Shown here one piece after another: positions 29,107-44,509 of a stretch of DNA of 64,000 nucleotides. The position numbers and the translations under genes are program-made. A model generated the notes under the pieces. That model saw only the letters and a list, made by a program, of their open reading frames with translations, had not been told where the DNA came from and searched no databases. Origin of the DNA: the human T2T-CHM13v2.0 reference genome, Homo sapiens. The stretch lies in assembly GCF_009914755.1 (NCBI RefSeq), contig NC_060947.1; one strand, written 5' to 3'. How positions within the stretch are numbered: the first letter of the stretch is position 1; the number at the start of each line of letters is the position of its first letter.

Positions 29107-29919
29107 TGATTCTGTGATGAGGTAACCCCTCACTACAAAGCCAGGTCTTAGGATAGGTCTCACCATCATTAAACCTGGACTCTTGGAGAAGGCAAATGTG
29201 AATACCATTAAAAACCAGAATCTGTGATGTTGACAGTGGAAAGTCTACATCACTCATTATTTAAGACCCTCTTTGTCATCAATAAATGTTCATGGAAATT
29301 CAGGCACTATCTTAGGTCCCACTGCTGAGGCTGGGATTTAATCCAGAATCTGATAACAAGATTTGTTGGAACTTCTGCCTTAGGGCAGGAGAAAACAATA
29401 AGAAAGACTTTAAAATAAGGAGAGTCACCTAATCAGATCTGCATTTTAGGAGGATTACTATAGGCGCATTGTGGAAAAGGGATTCGGAAGCAAGAACAAT
29501 ATCAGGGAGATAAATTAGAGGCTATGTAGCATTTGAGTCAAAAGATATTGGAGTCAAGGGAGGTGTAAATAAGGGAATGAATTAAGAGATGGCTTGGGGA
29601 TAGAGCTGACAGAATTTGGCAATGCATCATGTTAGATTTAAAGATAAAAGTAGATTCAGAAATAATACCCTAATTTTTGACTTGGGCAATTGGGTGAAGC
29701 GTAGCGTTCATAAGAACAGCACAATTAGGGAGGGAAAAATGTTGAGGGTGGATTGGGACAAAAGGAGGATAATAATGAGCTGCTGGGGACATGTTAAGTC
29801 TGAGGTGTCTGTGGGACATTCAGGTTGTGGTGGACAAGAAACATAGAAGGTGGCTGGGTCTGAAGCCCAGGAGAGAAATAAGTCTGACCTTACTTCAATA
29901 ATCAAGCCAGCCATTTCAA

Positions 29920-31385
<1,466 letters not shown>

Positions 31386-31979
31386 AAATGCTGAGATCTA
31401 GTAGTTCTCAGTAATGTATCAATGACTGAATTTTCATCAGATTAGTTATATTGAATATTAATTCTAAGGTTCTGTCACTATCCCTTTTCAAGAATCTAGA
31501 AGCTTAGATTTCTTTTTGAAGCAATATACCAATAGTTTTCTTATTAAAAATTCAGAAGGCTTCAATGGCGAATAATTTTTTGGTAATAAGAAAAAAAACT
31601 AAGAATTATTTTTTATTAAAAAACAACAAAATCAGCTCTTAAGACACTTACAGTTCAGATGGGGAAATAAGATCTAGATATGTGAAAATGAGTAGTGTCC
31701 GGTGAAAGGCTCGTTTCTGGGTGGTTAGTTCAAAGGTTCCCTGGAGGACGCTGAGCTTGAGCTGGATCTGCAATCACATCTGGATTGAGGGAATCCTTCC
31801 AGCACTCAGCAAATAGCAGGAAAAACTGTCCAGACACAGCAGGTATCAAGATTTGGAGACTTTCCTCATCAGGAGGGAAGCATTTGTTTTGTTTGTTTGG
31901 ACATACAAGGAGACAGAAAGAATATTGATAATGGATGTATTTGAACCCGATCTTGGTGACAATGTTGAGCCAAAGTTGT

Positions 31980-32200
31980 AAACATGATGATTAAGAACTC
32001 AGGTACTGAAGTTGGACTGCCTGGTGTGACTACCTCGTTTCTCAACTGAGAGCCACTGGGCAAAGCACTTAACTCGCTAAGTTTCTGCTTTTGTATCTAA
32101 AAATGATACTACTCATCAGAGGTACCTCAGAAAGTAGTTGTTAGAATTAAGGGAGATAACGTATGTCAAGTCCTTAGCACAGTGACTGGCAGAGTCTCAT
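31980..32200 (+). mobile_element. MIR
   Basis: ctgggcaaagcacttaactcgctaagtttctg..agttgttagaattaagggagataacgtatgt..cttagcacagtg. Confidence 0.7.
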
Positions 32201-32732
32201 CTGGCATATATTAGCTCTGAGCTTAATGGGGGTGCTGGTGGTGATAATGACGTTGTCTCTCCAAAGGTTGCAAACGGCTTAGGGGCAGAGACTATCGCTT
32301 ATCTTAGACTACCTGATGTCTGGGACACTCCTGGCACACAGCAGGAGTTTTGCGAAATTAAACTGGCAAAAGTAGTGTTCTTGCAAGATTAACTTGACAG
32401 CAATTGGCTGACCAGATGGAGGAAGGAGAGATTTTAGGCATAGAGTACAAGTAGAAAGCTGCTGCAATGATACAACGTCACTCCTCATGACAAGGGTCAG
32501 AAAAAATGGTTGGTGTCAGCGGGAATGATAAGGAATAGGTAAGTAATGAAAGATGAATTGAAGGACATAGTTCCTGGGCTTTGACTCCACATTTTAACTA
32601 TGAATAGATTCTAAGCTTGACTGTAGTGTGCAAATTAGGCCTCTTTCGGAGAGAAGGCCCAGTATAGCAGAAAGAACATGAGTTTTGAAGTTAAACACTG
32701 TTCTGTCCCATATGTCATTTGTGTGACCTTAA

Positions 32733-34992
<2,260 letters not shown>

Positions 34993-35017
34993 AAAATGTA
35001 TTTACTCTTTCAGCATC

Positions 35018-35585
35018 TGTAGTAGACACCGTGGCGCTCCACCCTGGACCTCCTCTTTAGGGCCTTTGCATGCATGGGCCACCTGCTGCCTTATTGGCTG
35101 CTGGCTCACAGCTGGGGCCTTCATTGGAATGTGCCCTCAGGGAACTGCCTCACACAGCTACATCCCCTCCCTCAGGGAGAGACCTAGGGCCAATGACTGG
35201 CTGATGCAGGGATTAACTCATTTATGCCTAGTGTTCCATTATTGGGACGCTAAGCTTGTGGGAGTTTTTTATATCCTACTGCTCAAGGTCATCGCCAAGG
35301 TCTGACTTTTCACAAAACATTTTTGCAACCTCCAGCATAAATGGGTTAAAGTCTTCACCCATTTGATTTACTGGGGACAACTCTGAAAGGCCAAACCTAC
35401 TCCAGAGCTTCCCTGCATGCTCCTGCTGCAGCCATAATTGCAACTGCATGGTGAACCAGCTTTTCCTCTGCGCAGTCATGCCCCTTTCAGTTTCTTAGAG
35501 GTGTAAATCCTGAGAGCACTTCCCAGTATGACAATAATCCTTCTGCAAGCAACTCTCCAACTGCTTCTGCTTCTGAGCCTAGTCT
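35018..35585 (+). mobile_element. LTR16-type ERVL solo LTR hosting the MER85
   Basis: tgtagtagacaccgtggcgctcc..ggccaatgactggctgatgcaggg..ggggacaactctgaaagg..ctccagagcttccc..cctgagagcacttccc. Confidence 0.7.
35217..35345 (+). mobile_element. MER85 piggyBac (PGBD3-derived) MITE
   Basis: TTAA TSDs at 35213-35216 and 35346-35349; TIRs ctcatttatgcc / gcataaatggg; internal palindrome gttccattattgggac. Confidence 0.92.
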
Positions 35586-35717
35586 TGGAGAGCCTTTTAT
35601 TCCTAATCTGTGAAAGGGAAAAAAGGTACACAGTTGTTATTGAGAGTTGTGGTGGGAATAAAACGAGATCATGTGCTTGGCAGAAAACCGTGTTCAAGCA
35701 ATGACAGCTAATAGGTG

Positions 35718-36035
35718 ATACTTGAGGACATTATGCTACGTGAAATAAGCCAGTCCAAAAAGGAACAAATACTGTATAATTCCGCTTACATGATGTTCCT
35801 AGAATAGTCAAATGCATAGAGACGGAAAGTAGAAAGATGGCTGCCAGGGGCTGGGGGAAAGGAGGAAATGAGAAGTGGTTTAATGGGTACAGTTTCAGAT
35901 TTGCAAGGTGAAAAAGTTCTGCAAGTCCACTACATGACAACATGAATATACTTAACATTACTGAACTATACTCTAAAAAATGGTTAAAATGGTAAATTTT
36001 ACATTATGTGTTTTTACCACAATTTGAAAAGAAAG
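35718..36035 (+). mobile_element. L1MB-type 3' end
   Basis: cttgaggacattatgct.cgtgaaataagccag..tttaatgggtacag..aaaatggttaaaatggtaaattttac. Confidence 0.8.
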
Positions 36036-37339
36036 AAATGATGGCTACCATACCATTGATTCCATTTAATTGATTTTACCCACAAGCAGGTACCTTTTCT
36101 GGCTTCTCCTGTATTTTCTCATCCTGTTGGGTGGGACCTATAGTTTCAAACATGATTGAAGCTCCCTGCCTCCTCTGACACCCTGGATATTACGTCTCCG
36201 TAATCTGATTTTTTACACCAATGTTTCTAATCTCCACACATCTCTTTAGACTTTAGATTCTCTCATGAGCTGAAATCACCCTGGCATAGGCTCTGAGGAA
36301 CTGCATGGAAGCAAACAGCACTATTTTCCTTCCTTCCTCTAACAAAACAGATCTCTTTAAAATCACCACCATAACCTTTCGAAAAGCACATCAAACTGCA
36401 TCATGATACAAAAGAAATTATACTCTGTCGGTGCCAGGTTGTTGAAAATAAGGGATTGAGATCAGGAGTCTGGGGAAGTTGACAGATATAATGATGTGCT
36501 TAGATATCCTGATGGATTTTGACACAGATTCTCTGCTTGGGGGTGAGTGTAATTACTATTTGTACAGAGAGCAGAGTCAAGGTCAGAAAATACAGGAGAG
36601 GGACCCATCAAGCTAAAGTAGAGGACTTTAAAGTGGTTGGGGAGTTTTTGTTATTCAGAAGCTCAAACTGGTCAGCAGGACAAAAGAATATACAGAGTCA
36701 GGGTATGGGCAGGGGCCAATATCCAATATCCAGAAATTCCTGTCTAGCAAGAATGGAGAGGAAATGTCAGAGCATGGGTTGGAATTTGGAATGAAGTTAT
36801 ATGAGGAAACAGACAAGGTACAAAACGTGACCAAGAACTTGGAGGTGCCACTGCAAAATTTGGAATAAAAGGGGTAGTGCCAAGGCAGGTCTGAGGACTG
36901 ATCCTAAGCCAGTGGTTGTTTCTTCTGTCCTAGTTTTAAGCAGCTTTCCTAGTGAGGGTGGATGAGGGCCAAGAGCACTGGGCTTCTCCCCAGAGTCACA
37001 CAGGATTCTGCAGGTTTTAATGATTACAGCAGAGAGAGCTTGGTCCCCTGGAAAGCCCTTGCGGTTCTAACCCAGCAAAATGCATTGAATCTGACAGGCC
37101 AGCATTTACCACCTCTGATGCCAGTGCATGGGGAAAAACAAATTGCCCCATTTGCAAACTTAGTACATATATGCAGTTAGGAGTTGCTCTACTCGTTACA
37201 CAAAAAGATTTTATAAGTAAAAAATACTTAAAGTCTGGCACTAAGTTTCTACTCCCTGTTTGTTTTGATTTTGATACCTGTACTCTATTCTAAAGACTTG
37301 GTAGTGAGAGTAGAGCGGGAGGTGGCGGGGGGAATTGAA

Positions 37340-37645
37340 TGCCTCCCAAGTATTTGAAGGGCTGTCTTTGCCAAGAGGGTTTACACTTACTGTGTATATT
37401 TCCAAAGCATACATATAGACAGAAAGGCAGAGGTTATGGGAAGATCAACTTCAGCTCAATGCAAGAGATAACAGCCTAATTATTAGGGTGTTTGTGAACT
37501 GAACAGGCTGCTTTACAAAGTGAGGAGTTCCCCATCACTAAGTTTTAAGCCTAGGCCAAAGTGTTTTCTAGCAGAAATGTGGAAGAACTCCTGAAAGGAT
37601 TTAGACTAGATCTTGAAGGCCCCTTTCAACCTAAGATTTTATTAC
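37340..37645 (+). mobile_element. L3/CR1 3' end
   Basis: aagtatttgaagggctgtc..gtgaggagttccccatcact..ggcccctttcaacctaagatt. Confidence 0.7.
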
Positions 37646-37870
37646 TCAAACTTGTTAAGATGTGATTAACACTAGCTTAAATAAGTTAACTATCGAGAGT
37701 CAGCCTAATGTAATGGTTAGGATTACCAGGTCTGCAGCCATATTACCTGGGTTTGAATCTTGGCTTCTTACTAGCTGTGGGCTTTGGGCAAATTACTCAA
37801 TCTCTCTATACCTTAGTCTTCTTATTTGTAAACTGGGAATTACAACAGTACCTATCTACAAGATCGTTGT

Positions 37871-38322
37871 TGTCAGGCCTCTGAGCCCAAGCTAAGCCAT
37901 CATATCCCCTGTGACCTGCACGTATACATCCAGAAGGCCTGAAGTAACTGAAAAATCACAAAAGAAGTGAAAATGGCCTGTTCCTGCCTTAACTGATGAC
38001 ATTCCACCACAAAAGAAGTGAAAATGGCCGGTCCTTGCCTTAACTGATGACATTACCTTGTGAAATTCCTTTCCCTGGCTCATCCTGGCTCAAAAAGCTT
38101 CCCCACTGAGCACCTTGTGACTCCCACTCCTGCCCGCCAGAAAACCACCCCCCATTTGACTGTAATTTTCCTTTACCTACCCAAATCTTATAAAACGGCC
38201 CCACCCCTGTCTCCCTTTGCTGACTCTTTTTGGACTCAGCCCGCCTGCATCCAGGTGATTAAAAAGTTTTATTGCTCACACAAAGCCTGTTTGGTGGTCT
38301 CTTCACACGGACGCGCATGAAA
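37871..38322 (+). promoter_or_regulatory. 5' LTR7 of HERV-H
   Basis: tgtcaggcctctgagcccaag start; two 51 bp U3 repeats; TATAAAA 38189-38195; ATTAAA 38258-38263. Confidence 0.95.
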
Positions 38323-38324
38323 TT

Positions 38325-38342
38325 TGGTGCCATCACTCGGAT
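38325..38342 (+). other. Primer binding site for tRNA-His
   Basis: tggtgccatcactcggat versus TGGTGCCGTGACTCGGAT (2 mismatches), immediately after the LTR. Confidence 0.9.
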
Positions 38343-38465
38343 CAGGGGACCTCCCTTGGGAGATCTATCCCCTGTCCTCCTGCTCCTTGCTCTGTGAGAA
38401 AGATCCACCTACGACCTCTGGTCCTCAGACTAACCAGCCCAAGGAACATCACACCAATTTTAAAT

Positions 38466-38474
38466 CAGGTAAGC
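38466..38474 (+). other. HERV-H major splice donor
   Basis: CAG|GTAAGC at 38468/38469 in the leader. Confidence 0.75.
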
Positions 38475-38899
38475 GGCCTCTTTTTACTCTCTCCTCCAAC
38501 CTCTCACTATCCCTCAACCTCTTTCTCCTTTCAATCTTGGCGCCCCACTTCAATCTCTCCCTTCTCTTAACTTCAGTTCCTTTCCTTTTCTGGTAGAGAC
38601 AGGAGATGCGTTTTATCCGTGGACCCAAAACTCCGGCACCGGTCACGGACTCGGAAGAGTCTTCCCTTGGTATTTAATCACGCGGGGATGCCTGCCTGAT
38701 TATTCACCCACATTTCAGAGGTGTCTGACCACACGGGGACGCCTGCCTTTGTCCTTCACCTTTAGCGGCAAGTACCGCTTTTCTCGGGGGCAAGAACCCC
38801 CCAACCCTTCTCTCCATGTCTCTACCCCTTCTCCGCTTTTCTGGGGGACAAGAACCCCCCACCCCTTCTCTCCGTGTCTCTACTCTCTTTTCTCTGGGC

Positions 38900-41800
38900 T
38901 TGCCTCCTTCACTATGGGCAACCTTCCACCCTCCATTCCTCCTTTTTCTCCCTTAGCCTGTGCTCTCAAGAACTTAAAACCTCTTCAACTCACACCTGAC
39001 CTAAAACCTAAATGCCTTATTTTCTTCTGCGATGCCACTTGACCCCAGTACAAACTTGACAGTAGTTCCAAATAGCCAGAAAACGGCACTTTCAATTTTT
39101 CCATCCTACAAGCTCTAAATAATTCTTGTCATAAAATAGGCAAACGGTCTGAGGTGCCTGATGTCCAGGCATTCTTTTACACATCTGCCCCTCCCCAGTC
39201 TCTGTTCCTAATGCAACTCCTCCCAAATCTTCCTTCTTTCCCTCCCACCTGTCCCCTCAGTCCCAACCCCAAGCATCGCTCAGTCTTTCTAATCTTCCTT
39301 TTCTACAGACCCATCTGACCTCTCCCCTCCTCGCCAGGCCCAATTATTCCTCAGCCTCTGCTCCTCCACCCTATAATCCTTTTATCACCTCCGCTCCTCA
39401 CACCCGGTCCGGCTTACAGTTTCCTTCCATGACTAGCCCTCCCCCACCTGCCCAGCAATTTCCTCTTAAAAAGGTGGCTGGAGCTAAAGGCATAGTCAAG
39501 GTTAATGCTCCTTTTTCTTTATCCCAAATCAGATAGCGTTTAGGCTCTTTTTCATCAAATAAAAAAACAAGCCCAGTTCATGGCTCGTTTGGCAACAACC
39601 CTGAGATGCTTTACAGCCCTAGACCCTAAAAGGTCAAAAGGCCGTCTTATTCTCAATATATATTTTATTACCCAATCTGCTCCCGACATTAAACTCCAAA
39701 AATTAAATTCCAGCCCTCAAACCCCACAAGACTTAATTAACCTCGCCTTCAAGGTGTACAATAATAAAGTAGAGGCAGCCAAGTAGCAATGTATTTCTGA
39801 GTTGCAATTCCTTCCCTCCACTGTGAGACAAACCCCAGCCATATCTCCAGCACAGAAGAACTCCAAATGCCTGAACTGCAGCTGCGAGGGGTTCCTCCAG
39901 AATGGCCTCCCCCAGGAGCTTGCTACAAGTGCCAGAAATCTGGCCACTGGGCCAAGGAATGCCCGCAGCCCGGGATTCCTCCTAAGCCATGTCCCATCTG
40001 TGGAGGACCCCACTGAAAATCGGACTGTTCAACTCACCTGGCAGCCACTCCCAGAGCCCCTGGAACTCTGGCCCAAGGCTCTCTGACTCCTTCCCAGATC
40101 TTCTCGGTTTAGTGGCTGAAGACTGACGCTGCCCGATTGCCTCAGAAGCCCCCTAGACCATCACAGATGCCGATCTTCAGGTAACTCTCACAGTGGAGGG
40201 TAAGTCCGTCCCCTTCTTAATCAATACGGAGGCTACCCACTCCACATTACCTTCTTTTCAAGGGCCTGTTTCCCTTACCTCCATAACTGTTGTAGGTATT
40301 GACGGCCAGGCTTCTAAACCTCTTAAAACTCCCAAACTCTGGTGCCAACTTAGACGATACTCTTTTAAGCACTCCTTTTTAGTTATCCCCACCTGCCCAG
40401 TTCCCTATTAGGCCGAGACACTTTAACTAAATGATCTGCTTCCCTGACTATTCCTAGGCTAGAGCCACACCTCATTGCCGCCTTTTCCCCCAGTTCAAAG
40501 CCTCCTTCACATCTCCCCTTGTATCTCCCCACCTTAACCCACAAGCATAAGACACCTCTACTCCCTCCTTAGCGACCAATCATGCACCCCTTACCATCCC
40601 ATTAAAACCTAATCACCCTTACCCCGCTCAATGCCAACATCCCATCCCACAGCACGCTTTAAAAGGATTACAGTCTGTTATCACTCGCCTGCTACAGCAT
40701 GGCCTTTTAAAGCCTATAAACTCCCCTTACAATTCCCCCATTTTACCTGTCCTAAAAGCAGACAAGGTTTACAGGTTAGTTCAGGATCTGCACCTTATCA
40801 ACCAAATTGTTTTGCCTATCAACCCTGTGGTGCCAAACCCATATACTCCCCTGTCCTCAATACCTGCCTCCACAACCCATTATTCTGTTCTGGATCTCAA
40901 ACATGCTTTCTTTACTATTCCTTTGCACCCTTCACCCCAGCCTCTCTTCACTTGCACTTGGACTGACCCTGACACCCATCAGGCTCAGCAAATTACCTGG
41001 GCTGTACTGCCGCAAAGCTTCACAGACATCCCCATTACTTCAGTCAAGCCCAAATTTCTTCCTCACCTGTTACCTATCTCGGCATAATTCTCATAAAAAC
41101 ACACGTGCTCTCCCTGCTGATCATGTCTGACTAATCTCCCAAACCCCAATCCCTTCTAGAAAACAACAAGTTTTTTCCTCCTAGGCATGGTTAGATACTT
41201 TCGACTTTAGATACCTGGTTTTGCCATCCTAACAAAACCATTATATAAACTCACAAAAGGAAACCTAGCTGACCCCATAGATCCTAAATCCTTTCCCCAC
41301 TCCTCTTTCCATTCCTTGAAGACAGCTTTAGAGACTGCTCCCACCCGAGCTCTCCCTGACTCATCCCAACCCTTTTCATTACACACAGCTGAAGTGCAAG
41401 GCTGTGCAGTCAGGATTCTTACATAAGGACTGGGATCACGTCCTGTAGCCTTTTTATCCAAACAACTTGACCTTACTGTTTTGCCTAGCCCTCATGTCTG
41501 CGTGCGGCAGCCGCCACCACCCTAATACTTTTAGAGGCCCTCAAAATCACAAACTATGCTCAACTCACTCTCTACAGTTCTCATAACTTCCAAAATCTAT
41601 TTTCTTCCTCACACCTGACGCATATGCTTTCTGCTCCCCGGCTCCTTCAGCTGTACTCACTCTTTGTTGAGTCTCCCACAATTACCATTGTTCCTGGCCC
41701 AGACTTCAATCCGGCCTCCCACATTATTCCTGATACCACGCCTGACCCCCATGACTGTATCTCTGATCCACCAGACATTCAACCCCATTTCCCCATATTT

Positions 41801-42500
41801 CCTTCTTTCCTGTTCCTCACCCTGATCACACTTGGTTTATTGATGGCAGTTCCACCAGGCCTAATGGCCACACACCAGCAAAGGCAGGCTATGCTATAGT
41901 ACAAGCCACTAGCCTGCCTCTTAGAACTTCTCATTTCCTTTCCATCGTGGAAATCTATCCTCAAAGAAATAACTTCTCAGTGTTCCATCTGCTATTCTAC
42001 TACTCCTCAGGGATTATTCAGGCCCCCTCCCTTCCCCACACATCAAGTTCGAGGATTTGCCCCCGCCCAGGACTGGCAAATTGGCTTTACTAAACATGCC
42101 CCGAGTCAAGAAACTAAAATACCTCTTGGTCTAGGTAGACACTTTCACTGGATAGGTAGAGGCCTTTCCCACAGGGAAACATAATTCCTCGGTTTGGCCT
42201 TCCCACCTCTATACGGTCCTATAACAGACTGGACTTTATTAGTCAAATCACCCAAGCAGTTTCTCAGGCTCTTAGTATTCAGTGAACTAATGGTCTTTTA
42301 AAAACACACCTCACCAAGCTCAGCCACCAACTTAAAAAGGACTGGACAATACTTTTACCACTTGCCCTTCTCAGAATTCAGGCCTGTCCTCAGAATGCTA
42401 CAAGGTACAGCCCATTTAAGCTCCTGTATGGACGCTCCTTTTTATTAGGCCCCAGTCTCATTCCAGACACCAGACCAACTTAGACTGCACCCCAAAAAAC
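38900..42500 (+). pseudogene. Disrupted HERV-H gag-pro-pol remnants
   Basis: Zinc knuckle [14 protein letters not shown] (about 39921-39962); protease FLINTEATHS with catalytic D lost; RT LDLKHAFFTIPLHP..TWAVLPQ; integrase fragments; many stops, frameshifts and deletions. Confidence 0.9.
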
Positions 42501-43065
42501 TTGTCATCCCTCCTATCTTCTGTCTAGTCATACTCCTATTCACCAGTCTCAACTAGTCATAAATGCCCTGCTCTTGTTTACACTGCTGGTTTACACTGTT
42601 TCTCCAAGCCATCACAGCTGATATCTCTTGGTGCTATCCCCAAACCACCACTCTTAACTCTTAAAGTAAATAATCTTTGCTGGCAAGGCTATGCTGAACC
42701 TCCTTAGGCACTCTCTAATTAGACGTCCTAGGTCCTCCCAATTCTTCGTCCTTTAATACCTGTTTTTCTCCTTCTCTTATTCCGTTTAGTTTTTCAATTC
42801 ATACAAAACCGTATCCAGGCCATCACCAATAATTCTACATGACAAATGTTTCTTCTAACAACCCCACAATATCACCCCTTACCACAAAATCTTCCTTCAG
42901 CTTAATCCCTCCCACTCTAGGTTCCCACGCCACCCCTGATCCACCTCGAAGCAGCCCTGAGAAACATCACCCATTATCTCTCCACACCACCCCAAAAATT
43001 TTCGCCGCCCCAACACTTCAACACTATTTTGTTTTATTTTTCTTATTAATATAAGAAGACAGGAA

Positions 43066-43520
43066 TGTCAGGCCTCTGAGCCCAAGCTAAGCCATCATAT
43101 CCCCTGTGACCTACACATATACATCCAGATGGCCTGAAGTAACTGAAAAATCACAAAAGAAGTGAAATTTAAATGGCCTGTTCCTGCCTTAACTGATGAC
43201 ATTCCACCACAAAAGAAGTGAAAATGGCCGGTCCTTGCCTTAACTGATGACATTACCTTGTGAAATTCCTTCTCCTGGCTCTTCCTGGCTCAAAAGCTCC
43301 CCCACTGAGCACCTTGTGATCCCCACTCCTGCCCACCAGAGGACAACCCCCCTTTGACTGTAATTTTCCTTAACCTACCCAAATCTTATAGAACGGCCCT
43401 ACCCCTATCTCCCTTCGCTGACTCTTTTCGGACTCAGCTCGCCTGCACCCAGGTGATTACAAAGCTTTATTGCTCACACAAAGACTGTTTGGTGGTCTCT
43501 TCACACGGACGCGAGTGAAA
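43066..43520 (+). mobile_element. 3' LTR7 of HERV-H, preceded by PPT aagaagacaggaa
   Basis: About 94% identical to the 5' LTR by hand count; TATAGAA and ATTACA variants. Confidence 0.95.
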
Positions 43521-43628
43521 GTTGTAACAATTAGGTTGGTGAATAGATATGAAGTACGTAGATAATGCTTGGTATGTAGTAGTTAGTATTACTTCTGTTG
43601 CTGCTGCTACTACTACTACTATTACTAC

Positions 43629-44456
43629 TGATAGGGACAGGAGGCAGGGAAATTCTGGACAGAAGAGGGCGGGTCTCTGGCAAGGGCCCCACCCTTAAGC
43701 CTAAAAGCCTGGAACTGTGGCCCAAAGTGAGAACTTACATCCCTGTTTTCCTGCTCAAATGTTGCCTTTTCCAAAACCACCCATAGCCCACCCTGCCCTC
43801 CATCCTGTGCCTGTAAAAATCCCAGGCTCAGCCGGCACAGAGGAGAAGCAGCTGGATGTTGGAAACTATGGTTGTGCATTGGAGAGAAGTGGCTTGACTT
43901 CCGAGGGACAGCCTGGCAGCATAGCTTCAGAGAGGAGTCTGATTGCGGACAGCTGGACTCGAGGTGAAGATTACCTTCCTGCTCTGTCCCCTTTTCAGCT
44001 CCTTTTCCTGCTGAGAGCCACTTTCATCAGCAATAAAATCCCCCGCATTTACCATCTCCAATTAGTTTGTGTGACCTCATTCCTCCTGGAAAATGGGCAA
44101 GATCTGAGGTGCCACAAGTGCGAGTACAGAAGGCTGTCACACTGACCCTCCACTGAGCTGTTAACACTTAAGCCATCTGCAGATGGCAAAGATAAAAGGG
44201 CCCTGTAACACTCCTTCTGGGGATTCAAGGGTCGCGGGCACCCTCCTAGACACTGCCATGGGGCCCACACAGAGTTTTGTTCCTGCTGGCGCCCAAAAGC
44301 ACTCACCCTGGCTCCTGTACCCACTCACCTGTGCTTCCTCTCCCATGAGGGGTGGAACTCAGTGAGACTGAGCCAGTGGAGTCTGCCCCTGCCAGCACCG
44401 AAGCGGCTATGCAGTCCAGTTCCCGCCCGCGAGGGGATCAGGGTAATATCCTGCTT

Positions 44457-44458
<2 letters not shown>
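43629..44458 (+). mobile_element. ERV1 solo LTR (LTR1/LTR27/LTR28 group)
   Basis: TG..CA ends (tgatagggacaggaggcaggg ... atatcctgcttca); AATAAA 44032-44037; inserted in a (CTA)n tract. Confidence 0.85.

Positions 44459-44460
<2 letters not shown>

Positions 44461-44507
<47 letters not shown>
44461..44507. repeat. (CTA)n trinucleotide microsatellite
   Basis: About 15 copies; the tract continues on the other side of the LTR at 43595-43628. Confidence 0.95.

Positions 44508-44509
<2 letters not shown>

Larger units (their letters stand above)
37871..43520 (+). mobile_element. HERV-H provirus (LTR7 / internal / LTR7), internally deleted and env-less, inserted in a MIR
   Basis: Two about 450 bp LTRs, TSD GTTGT (37866-37870 and 43521-43525), His-tRNA PBS, PPT, decayed gag/pro/pol. 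Confidence 0.97.

Noticed and set aside
36425-37000. Possible ancient Gypsy-like LTR
   Set aside because: Only the TG..CA-like ends and general texture suggest it; I cannot match a family with confidence.
37950-38055. 51 bp tandem repeats as a CRISPR-like or novel array
   Set aside because: These are the normal U3 repeats of LTR7, with no spacers; the DNA is eukaryotic.
39580-42500. HERV-H ORFs as expressed Gag or Pol
   Set aside because: Protease catalytic Asp lost, RT catalytic region deleted, multiple stops; the common defective HERV-H form.
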